Shown: in pieces, positions 34,484-42,923 of the stretch
How positions within the stretch are numbered: the first letter of the stretch is position 1
Layout of the letters: each line of letters opens with the position of its first letter
Assembly: GCA_045564655.1 (NCBI GenBank)
Contig: JBJLGX010000020.1
Location: 3,864-67,863 of the forward strand
DNA length: 64,000 nucleotides
Origin: Dehalococcoidia bacterium
GTDB taxonomy: Bacteria; Chloroflexota; Dehalococcoidia; Lucifugimonadales; UBA826
Reading direction: 5' to 3'
Notes under the pieces: generated by a model
Told to the model about the DNA's origin: nothing
What the model saw: the letters and a program-made list of their open reading frames with translations, nothing else
Database searches by the model: none
Translations under genes and position numbers: made by a program

Positions 34484-37400
34484 TTACTCGTATCTTAATG
34501 CTTCTGCTGGATAAATTTTACTAGCTTCATTAGCAGGTATAACACTAGCTAATATAGATGCTATCACAGTTGCCGCTATCAATATTCCGACTTCTCCTAT
34601 AGGTACACTGAAGGTAGCCCCTTCTAATTCTTTCGAGATTTCTAAGAATATTAACCATGATTGTAATATTCCTAAACATATGCCAACAAATATTCCTAAT
34701 ATAGTTATAAATGATGATTCAATTAGAAATTGAGTTCGTATCATACTTGATCTAAATCCGATTGCTCTGAGCACTCCTATTGATTGCCTTCGTTCAACTA
34801 CAGCTCTTACTGATAGAACTCCTATTGCCGCGACTCCAACAATTAATCCTAGTCCGCTAAACCCTTGGAAAAGTTTGTTAAAGGCGTTACTGGTTGCTCG
34901 CTCTTCTTCAATATTGTCTAAAAGGCTCTCGGCATTCATTCCATTAGCTAAGAATAATTTTTCTAATTTTTGAGCATAAGTAGATGGGTCACTTTTATCC
35001 TTGAGAGAGAAGTAAAAAGTATCGAGAGGTACTTCTTCTTCAGATATTTTAGGTGCTAGTGATCTAGTTGAATAAAATGTGGCTCCGCTAGCTCCAAATC
35101 CTGTTCCAGATGCAAGTCTTTCAATTACACCAATAACTGTTAAGTTTTGTGGTTCAGATGAGCTTCTTCTCTTGCGCATTTGTACATCAAATGATTGCAT
35201 TTCTTTTGGGTCACCTGGATTTAGGTAGGAAGTTTTAAAACTCCTATCAGGAGGACCAAATGGGTCACCTGATGGAATAATAGTTGCATTAGCTATTACT
35301 AAATCGGGATTGTTAAGTACAGCATTCCATATTTCTCTATCAGTAGAACCGTATTTAGGATCAAAATGAGCCATCCTCCATTGAGTTGATTGTATGAAAT
35401 CATTTTCTAATGACACTAATTTAGAGCTTTTATAGGTCTCACTTTCTCCTGTTAATTCTTTTACTTCAATCGGAATATTTGAAGAAGCTGCAACAACTGA
35501 AAAGTCATTTATGTTTAAGGAATCTTTTATATCACCTTTTATAGGTAATTCAGGGCTGATACTTGCTTTTATGTCGTATCCACCCGTAACTCTTTCAGGT
35601 TGCTCTGAACTCACATCTTGTATTCCATTTAGTACTGAAAAGATCATTAATGTGAATATAATTAAAGCGAACATAGCCACAGTTAAACCTGTTCTGAATT
35701 TTGAGGCCATAGGGTAGCTTATTGCAGTTTTGGTGACTGCTTTAAGTCCTGAAAATCGAGATAATATTATATTTAAAATACCTATTAGCACTTTTGTATT
35801 ACACATCAGTAACCAGACTGCAGCTGCAGTAGATATTCCTCCTCCCAAAGGCCAAAACCAGGGACCTGGTTCTGATAATTCACCTGTCCATGTCTCGAAG
35901 AAATCAAAAGGTAGAGAATTTGATATAAGGACTAATCCGCCTTCTAAGGTTCCGCCAATTTGATTGATTGTTTCTGAGTCTGTAAGTAATTTAGAGGCTA
36001 TAAATCGTATAAATAATCCTAAAGCTAACGCAGTTCCTGTTAGTCCTAAAAAGAAAGTAGCTCCAGTTGAGCTTGATAAGCCTGATATTAATAGAGCTAT
36101 TGAGAATATTGCTAAAAGTATATAGGAATGTTTTCCAAATAAACTAAATAATGACATTAGTATTTTTATTGGCCAAGAAACCGGAAAAATCAGTAAAAGT
36201 ATTAAATTATTAAACCTGCTGCCATTTCCAGCTATGATTAATTTTAATTGTTTTATTGGGAATATAATAATCCACAAGAAATCGATGGATTTATTCCTAA
36301 ATGTTTCAGGAGATTTCTTAACAAATTCGTCTTTTAGTCCTCTTATTGCAACAACGATGTTTAAATTAGAGGCTCTGTATGCTGAAAATACGACTGTGAT
36401 AAACGTTAATATAAGTCCACTAGAAAAAGCTATTACAAGAGAAATGGTTGAGTAATATGGTGTTATTGCAAAATTTTCGGTACCGATTAAGTCCTGAAGT
36501 ATGTATACTAGCCCAAAACTTAAACCAACACCGATACCTGTTCCTATGAGTGCTGCAAGTAGTGAATAAACAGTTCCCTCATATGTGAATAATTGGATTA
36601 GATCTCTTCTTTTCAATCCTACAGCTCTGGCCATTCCTAGCTCTGTTGATCTTGCAGCAGCTAATAGTACGAATACTAGAAAAATAAGCAGCATTCCAAC
36701 CATGATAGAGAATGACCCGAATATTGAGAAAATGGTTGTCACTCCGGTTGCAACTGTTTCAGCTAATTCTAGCCCATTTTTTTTGTCCTCTATTACTCTA
36801 AGCTTACTTAATGAAGAAAACATCATAGAAGTTTTGCCAACTTCTTCTTTTAATTCTGCTTTACTAAGAATGCCTGATAAAGTTAGTTGCGTTTGATAGT
36901 CACTTATATTAGTTATAAATTCTAAATCAAGATTTTTTGTTGTTAAGCTATTAGATAAATTGGTAAGAGTTTCGGATAATTCCGAATCTGTTTGCCGTAA
37001 TTCATCAGCCTCATTCAATAAAAGAGTTGGAATATTTTTAGTTTGGAGTGTTTCGAAAAGCTGAGATGCTACCTCGTTATTTGTTAGCTCACTTCTTAAA
37101 AATTTAGTAACATCTTCAGATAGATCAATCGAATCTTCCCCGGTCCCCTTATTTGCGACAGCTATTACAGTAATTTGATCTTTTTTATCCAGTATCGTTT
37201 GAAGTGAAGGCAAACTAAACAGGATGTACGGGTCTCTTCCACCTCCGGCTAACCCTCCATTTTCTAACACATCTGCTACTTCGAATATGTTTTTACCAGA
37301 ACTTGTATAGACAGTGATTAGTTGTCCTTCAGTGATTGTTAAGCGTTCGCTTGCGTCATTATTAATAAAGACTTGATTTGTGTTTAAGTCATTGATCGAG

Positions 37401-37924
37401 ACTTCGGCTTTATCTTTAGTGATTAATTTGCCGTAGTCATCGGAATATGAACCGTCTATGCCCCGAATTGTCATATTGCTTTCTGCAAGGTCAAGAGCAT
37501 CGTTAGAAGCAGGTAGGCTTATTTGAATCAGTGGGAGTAATTTATCAATGTCTGAATTGTTGGCGGCAATCTTTTCAATATTTTTAAATTCTGAATAACT
37601 AAAATATTCATCGCCAAAAAGTTGCTTTCCTGGGCCGATAATAGTTTCATCAGTTGGCCCAAGAAAATCTAAAGTTACAGAGCGAACAGAATATCTTACG
37701 GTATCTCCTATTCCCAAGGATGCAGCAATTATAATAGAACTAAGCATTAAACCTATGATAATTAGAGCACTTTGCCCTTTTCTTCTAGGGATGTTTCTAG
37801 TTCCCATTTTAACGAGTATGAATCGCCTTGTTGCACCAATAGATATAATCAAAAATATAATAATTAATAATACTGACATTGCTATTGCTAATTCTAAGGC
37901 TGGTAATCCAAATACTTTTTGCAT
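34484..37924 (-). CDS. Very large FtsX/MacB-type ABC transporter permease (1146 aa, two FtsX domains plus an extra central TM block)
   Basis: N-terminal TM plus a large extracytoplasmic domain. First FtsX-like domain: ARAVGLKRRDLIQLFTYEG. Second at the C-terminus: LRAIGFRSSMIRTQFLIES. About 6 additional hydrophobic helices lie between residues ~540 and 760. Confidence 0.8.
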   Translation of the reverse strand: MQKVFGLPALELAIAMSVLLIIIFLIISIGATRRFILVKMGTRNIPRRKGQSALIIIGLMLSSIIIAASLGIGDTVRYSVRSVTLDFLGPTDETIIGPGKQLFGDEYFSYSEFKNIEKIAANNSDIDKLLPLIQISLPASNDALDLAESNMTIRGIDGSYSDDYGKLITKDKAEVSINDLNTNQVFINNDASERLTITEGQLITVYTSSGKNIFEVADVLENGGLAGGGRDPYILFSLPSLQTILDKKDQITVIAVANKGTGEDSIDLSEDVTKFLRSELTNNEVASQLFETLQTKNIPTLLLNEADELRQTDSELSETLTNLSNSLTTKNLDLEFITNISDYQTQLTLSGILSKAELKEEVGKTSMMFSSLSKLRVIEDKKNGLELAETVATGVTTIFSIFGSFSIMVGMLLIFLVFVLLAAARSTELGMARAVGLKRRDLIQLFTYEGTVYSLLAALIGTGIGVGLSFGLVYILQDLIGTENFAITPYYSTISLVIAFSSGLILTFITVVFSAYRASNLNIVVAIRGLKDEFVKKSPETFRNKSIDFLWIIIFPIKQLKLIIAGNGSRFNNLILLLIFPVSWPIKILMSLFSLFGKHSYILLAIFSIALLISGLSSSTGATFFLGLTGTALALGLFIRFIASKLLTDSETINQIGGTLEGGLVLISNSLPFDFFETWTGELSEPGPWFWPLGGGISTAAAVWLLMCNTKVLIGILNIILSRFSGLKAVTKTAISYPMASKFRTGLTVAMFALIIFTLMIFSVLNGIQDVSSEQPERVTGGYDIKASISPELPIKGDIKDSLNINDFSVVAASSNIPIEVKELTGESETYKSSKLVSLENDFIQSTQWRMAHFDPKYGSTDREIWNAVLNNPDLVIANATIIPSGDPFGPPDRSFKTSYLNPGDPKEMQSFDVQMRKRRSSSEPQNLTVIGVIERLASGTGFGASGATFYSTRSLAPKISEEEVPLDTFYFSLKDKSDPSTYAQKLEKLFLANGMNAESLLDNIEEERATSNAFNKLFQGFSGLGLIVGVAAIGVLSVRAVVERRQSIGVLRAIGFRSSMIRTQFLIESSFITILGIFVGICLGILQSWLIFLEISKELEGATFSVPIGEVGILIAATVIASILASVIPANEASKIYPAEALRYE

Positions 37925-37926
37925 CG

Positions 37927-38601
37927 TTAAACTATTTCCCCGTCTTTCATTTGAATTATTCGGTTTGCTCGGCCCCCAACATACTCAGAATGAGTAACAA
38001 TAACAAAAGTTTGATTGTTGTCTTTGTTTAATTTTATGAGCAAATCCATTATTAATCTTTCGTTTTCGCTATCTAAGTTTCCTGTAGGCTCATCTGCCCA
38101 AACAATTGCAGGGTCATTAACAAGCGCTCTTGCGAGTGTCACTCTTTGTCTTTGACCTCCTGAAAGTTCGCCAGGTAGATGATGTTGCCAGTCTTCTAGT
38201 TCGACCTCAGATAAATTTTCGAGCGCTTTTATGCGAGCTTCCTTAGCAGAATATCCTGATACTAATAAGGGGAGTTCAACATTTTCTATCGCCGACAAAA
38301 CGGGAAGAAGATTGTAAGTCTGGAAAACGAATCCCATCTTTTTAGCCCTTAGTTCACTTAATTGATTGTCGTTTAAATCGGTTAAAGTGTTACCTTGGAT
38401 GGATATGTTACCTTCATCGAATGAATCTAATCCTGACAAACAGTTAAGTAGGGTGGTTTTTCCGCATCCGCTTGGCCCCATGATGCCAACTATTTCACCT
38501 TCTTCAATTGATAAATTTAATCCTTTTAAAGCGTGAACTTTTTGATCTTTAGTCCCATAAAATTTATGTAAATTATTTGTTGAAATTACAACTTCAGACA
38601 T
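37927..38601 (-). CDS. ABC transporter ATP-binding protein (MacB/LolD-like)
   Basis: Walker A GPSGCGKTT, signature LSGGQRQR, Walker B VWADEPT. Its stop lies 2 nt upstream of the permease start. Confidence 0.9.
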   Translation of the reverse strand: MSEVVISTNNLHKFYGTKDQKVHALKGLNLSIEEGEIVGIMGPSGCGKTTLLNCLSGLDSFDEGNISIQGNTLTDLNDNQLSELRAKKMGFVFQTYNLLPVLSAIENVELPLLVSGYSAKEARIKALENLSEVELEDWQHHLPGELSGGQRQRVTLARALVNDPAIVWADEPTGNLDSENERLIMDLLIKLNKDNNQTFVIVTHSEYVGGRANRIIQMKDGEIV

Positions 38602-38710
38602 GTATTTTTCCTAGTATATATTATAAGTATGTACTATTACGTTACACGGTACAGAGCCACAATACAAGCAGGTGTACTATACACAACAATTAGCTTTGTT
38701 TTTGTGTAAT

Positions 38711-39040
38711 TTAATTCTTAGGGGGAGTATAGGAAATAGTCTGAGCAATTTTTAGTGCTTCTACGAGATCATCTACAGGTATTAAAGGGGATGTAGTTAA
38801 TTTGCTGACAGACCCTGAGCTTGTAACAGCAATTGAGGCAGCTGCTATAGTTTTGTCATCTGGAGCTTCAACTATTGCTATGATGTCGTATTCTCCAAAT
38901 GTAGCATAAGCTTGGACCAGTTTTATCCCGGATGGTTCAAGCATCGCGCTAACCTTTTCTAATCTGTTTTGGGGGTTAGATATTTGTGAGGCCCATGCTT
39001 CATTTGAATAAGCTACCTGCCATAAGTAATTTTTTGACAT
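38711..39040 (-). CDS. GYD-domain protein
   Basis: About 100 aa with the ATFGEYDIIAIVEAPDD core (GxYD motif). Confidence 0.75.
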   Translation of the reverse strand: MSKNYLWQVAYSNEAWASQISNPQNRLEKVSAMLEPSGIKLVQAYATFGEYDIIAIVEAPDDKTIAAASIAVTSSGSVSKLTTSPLIPVDDLVEALKIAQTISYTPPKN

Positions 39041-39121
39041 TTGATTCTCCTAAAAAATGTATAACTGTAGTATATACTAGCCAAAGTTTGTATAAATTAA
39101 TAAAAGTTATAAGAGTTTGTT

Positions 39122-40039
39122 TTGTTTCGTAAAAGTTCATTTATCATACTGACGTCAATTATCCTATTTGTTATTTTGATTTACTTGATTTTGTCAATTT
39201 ATATTACGACTATTGCTATAAAAGCTACTAGGAAAATTCCTGACGCTACTCCAGATAGAGTGAGCTTAGGTTATTCGGTAGAAGAGTTTTTTACTGAAGA
39301 TTCAATTAAGTTAAATGGTTGGTTCGTTAAAAATAAAAGTTTAGATACTGTCGTAATGATTCATGGTGTAGATTCTAATAAAGCTGATGGTTATATGTTG
39401 GACCTTATGAAAGATATTTACGATATGGGGTACTCTGTATTTGCATTCGATCTTAGGGCCCATGGAGACTCGGGAGGAAAAGATCTTGGATTAGCGTATA
39501 TTGAAAAAAAGGATCTTGATGCTGCTATTCATCAAATCAAACTTAACCATAATGTAACTGATATCGTTTTATATGGAGTTAGCTACGGAGGAACAATTGT
39601 AATTTCTAACCCTAACATTGATTCTTCAGTAAAAGGTATTATTGCAGACAGTCCATTTTACGATTTACCAGAATTGTTAGCGTCAGAAGTTGCAAATAGA
39701 ACTTTCATTCCGAAGCCTGTTGCTAACTTATTGGAATTCGGAATTATTAGAAGTGTAGATCTTTTATATGATATTAAAACTGAAGACATTATTTCTGGAA
39801 TTCAATCCATAAAAGATTTCCAAAACCCTGTTTTGCTTTTTCATTGCATAGCAGATGATAGGGTTCCTATTAGTCATTCGGAAAGGATCAATAGGTTCTT
39901 ACCATCTGATAGTCTCCTTATACGCTATGGTAATTGTGAACATGCAAATGGATATGATAATAATAAAGAAAATTATCTTAATGTATTGGAAAATTATATA
40001 GATTCATCGTTTGGTCGTAATATTGAAATTGAACGGTAA
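39122..40039 (+). CDS. Alpha/beta hydrolase with an N-terminal membrane anchor
   Basis: VVMIHGV, nucleophile elbow GVSYGG, and late D...H residues (ADDRVP ... CEHA). TTG start. Confidence 0.75.
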   Translation: MFRKSSFIILTSIILFVILIYLILSIYITTIAIKATRKIPDATPDRVSLGYSVEEFFTEDSIKLNGWFVKNKSLDTVVMIHGVDSNKADGYMLDLMKDIYDMGYSVFAFDLRAHGDSGGKDLGLAYIEKKDLDAAIHQIKLNHNVTDIVLYGVSYGGTIVISNPNIDSSVKGIIADSPFYDLPELLASEVANRTFIPKPVANLLEFGIIRSVDLLYDIKTEDIISGIQSIKDFQNPVLLFHCIADDRVPISHSERINRFLPSDSLLIRYGNCEHANGYDNNKENYLNVLENYIDSSFGRNIEIER

Positions 40040-40675
40040 TTAGGAATTTGATTCAGTTTCAAGCAACTCTTTTACAATAGATCTTTCCAATTCTAATCCC
40101 AACATTGTTGTAAGTTCTGTTCTGCCGTGGTCTCCTACAGTGACTACGAATGAAACGCCGAGTAATCTTCCTATGCAGAAATCTATAATTGTTGTTGATA
40201 AAGTTCCTTCGTGCCCATCTTGGACAGCCCTTATTCCTATTGATTTATCATAGAAGTCATCAATCTCTAATTGCTCTACGGCAACCAATTTCTGATCTTC
40301 TCCAACTTGTTTACCAATGTTATCTTTGAACTGTTTAATAAATATATTTTCCATCCAATTACTTGGACCATTTTCGTTTTTAAATAGATGAACAATGGTT
40401 GCAGCAACGATATCTGAGCCATCTTTGTTTTGTGGAATAGCAGATGGGGAACAGAATTCTCTCATATACCCGGTTACCCTACCTGCTTCTTTATAAATAG
40501 CTTCACTGCTTCCAGGGAATCCGTGCATAGCCATTGTTGCATTATCTAATTCTCTTTCTCTAAGAAGAGCAAATGCTTCTAATTCTTTTGGAAGTCGATC
40601 TTTTTCCAAGACCATATTTTGCAATGATGTATAACTTGAAATGTTATAAGTTGATTGAGATAAAGCAGTTGTCAC
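40040..40675 (-). CDS. Hypothetical protein (211 aa)
   Basis: Intact ORF abutting the convergent hydrolase gene with no gap. No motif recognised. Confidence 0.4.
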   Translation of the reverse strand: MTTALSQSTYNISSYTSLQNMVLEKDRLPKELEAFALLRERELDNATMAMHGFPGSSEAIYKEAGRVTGYMREFCSPSAIPQNKDGSDIVAATIVHLFKNENGPSNWMENIFIKQFKDNIGKQVGEDQKLVAVEQLEIDDFYDKSIGIRAVQDGHEGTLSTTIIDFCIGRLLGVSFVVTVGDHGRTELTTMLGLELERSIVKELLETESNS

Positions 40676-40727
40676 AGTTCACTCTCTTTTTATATATGAT
40701 CGAATTATATATTTTGAAGCATAGTAT

Positions 40728-41906
40728 TTAAATAACTACTCCGCTATCTTTCAGAGTAGTTATTTCTTCTTCTGATAGATTTAGTAAGGTTTTTAAAATT
40801 TTATCTGTATGCTCTCCGTATTCAGGGGCTTTTTTAATATTGGGGGTTGTTAATTCGAAATTTATAGGCAGCCCAATTGTTTTGTAATTCTTTCCAAATT
40901 TGTTTGGTATTTCAGTAATCATATTTTTTTCTATTAGGTATGGATCGTTAGATATTTCTTCTGGGTGCATAACAGGAGCACACCATATTCCTGCATGAGC
41001 CAACTCATGAAATGCTTCTGTTTTTGTTTTCGTTTTTGTCCATTCCCGAATTGCAGATATTATGGTTTCATTATGAGTATTGTTAGGATTTACATTTTCT
41101 AATAAATCTTCTCTACCAATTAATATGAGAACATTTTCTAGCATTTCTCCGACTAAATGGATGACTAAATAATCATTGGCACCAAATGGGCGACATTGTA
41201 AAATCACCGTATCGTCATTAGTAGAATCAGATGATATGCCTTTAGGTATTTCGTTGTTTATATATTTCATCATTTGAATTCTCATTAAATTAACCATACT
41301 GTCATAAAGAGACACTTCAATCTTTTGTCCACCCCCGTCTCTGTCTCTTTGCATTAATGCTGCTAATATTCCAATTACCATATGTAACCCCGCGCCAGAA
41401 TCACTTATTCCGATAGGGGCAAACTTTGGTATTTGATTTGAATCACGATTTACAGACATCAGGCCAGATATTGCCTGAGCTGTCGATTCAAATGATTTAT
41501 AATTTTTATAGGATTTACTATTGCTGTAACCTTTTATACTGGCGTATATAATTTCAGGATTAATGTTCTTTATGTGGCTCCAACTAAAGCCTAATTTTTC
41601 CATGATGCCATGAGAAAAATTTTCTAATATAACGTCACTTTTCAAAATCAGTTTTTCTAATATGGCTTTTCCTTGAGTGGTTTTTAAATTTAACGTAATA
41701 GATTCTTTGGTATTGTTAAATATAGTGAAGTGTGAATTATGATCTGACGACTCATTAATTTTATTCAGTCGAGTCACATCACCACCATTTGTGTCCTCTA
41801 TTTTGATTACATATGCTCCTAGATATCCCAACATTTGGCTACATGAAGGTCCAGACTGCAATCTACTCAGGTCTAAAATGGTTATATTTTCTAATGGAGG
41901 TAGCAT
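40728..41906 (-). CDS. Family III CoA-transferase (CaiB/BaiF/Frc-like)
   Basis: ITILDLSRLQSGPSCSQMLGYLGAYVIKIE N-terminal signature and an ISDSGAGLH active-site Asp region. Confidence 0.85.
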   Translation of the reverse strand: MLPPLENITILDLSRLQSGPSCSQMLGYLGAYVIKIEDTNGGDVTRLNKINESSDHNSHFTIFNNTKESITLNLKTTQGKAILEKLILKSDVILENFSHGIMEKLGFSWSHIKNINPEIIYASIKGYSNSKSYKNYKSFESTAQAISGLMSVNRDSNQIPKFAPIGISDSGAGLHMVIGILAALMQRDRDGGGQKIEVSLYDSMVNLMRIQMMKYINNEIPKGISSDSTNDDTVILQCRPFGANDYLVIHLVGEMLENVLILIGREDLLENVNPNNTHNETIISAIREWTKTKTKTEAFHELAHAGIWCAPVMHPEEISNDPYLIEKNMITEIPNKFGKNYKTIGLPINFELTTPNIKKAPEYGEHTDKILKTLLNLSEEEITTLKDSGVVI

Positions 41907-41909
41907 ATT

Positions 41910-42848
41910 TCACCTATTTCCTAAAATAGATGTTTGGAAGGCATGGTTTCCGTTGGAAAAATCTTTTGCATTCATTGCAGATTTGCCTTCAGGTTGAATT
42001 TTAATGAGTTTGATTATCCCATCACTGGTTCCTACAAATACTTCTTTATCTACAAATATTTCACCTGGTGCAATGTTTTTTATGTGTTTAGAAATTAAAA
42101 ATTCTGATTCGATAATTTTTAATTTTCGTCCATTCAAAACTGTATATGATCCTGGCCAGGGATGATATGCTCTAATCATATTTGATATTTCACTAGCGGA
42201 ATTTTCCCAATTTATTAAACCGTCTAACCTTGATAATTTTTTTGTATATGTTGCTTCTTTTTCACACTGTTCTTTTTGGGTTATTTTACCCTTTTCTATC
42301 TTATTGATAACTTCAACAAGAATTTTTGAAGATAAACTAAATAATCGAGTCGTTAAATCTTCGCAGGTTTCATTTTTAGCTATAGCCACTTCTTTTTGAG
42401 AAAGTATTGGCCCACTATCGATTCCCGAATTTAACTTCATTATTGAAATTCCTGTCATAGTATCTCCATTCAATATGCTTGCTGATACAGGTGATGAACC
42501 TCGATATTTTGGTAAAAGTGAAGGATGAATATTTAAGCATCCTGATGGAAATATAGATAGTATAAACTCCGGCAATATTAGCCCGTATGCAACTACAATT
42601 CCGATTTCTGCATTCAGTTGATTTATGTTAGTTACTATTTCGGTGTTATTTTTCAGTGTACTAGGTTGAAATAATGGAATTTTATGCTCTAAAGCTAGTT
42701 GTTTAACTGGACTTGGTACTAATTTCCCACTTCTTCCTCGAGACGTATCGGGTTTTGTTAATATCCCTACAACATCATGACTTGAAGATATTAAATTTTC
42801 TAATATGGAAGCCGAATAAATAGGGGTTCCCATAAATACTATCCTCAC
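41910..42848 (-). CDS. fmt: Methionyl-tRNA formyltransferase
   Basis: MRIVFMGTP, LNIHPSLLPKYRGSSP (HPSLLP motif), and a C-terminal beta-barrel domain. Confidence 0.9.
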   Translation of the reverse strand: MRIVFMGTPIYSASILENLISSSHDVVGILTKPDTSRGRSGKLVPSPVKQLALEHKIPLFQPSTLKNNTEIVTNINQLNAEIGIVVAYGLILPEFILSIFPSGCLNIHPSLLPKYRGSSPVSASILNGDTMTGISIMKLNSGIDSGPILSQKEVAIAKNETCEDLTTRLFSLSSKILVEVINKIEKGKITQKEQCEKEATYTKKLSRLDGLINWENSASEISNMIRAYHPWPGSYTVLNGRKLKIIESEFLISKHIKNIAPGEIFVDKEVFVGTSDGIIKLIKIQPEGKSAMNAKDFSNGNHAFQTSILGNR

Positions 42849-42923
42849 AAATTTGCTCCTTTATTAAATTGGAATATTTATGTGATAATTAAATGATAAT
42901 CTACATTCAAAAGGATTACGTAC

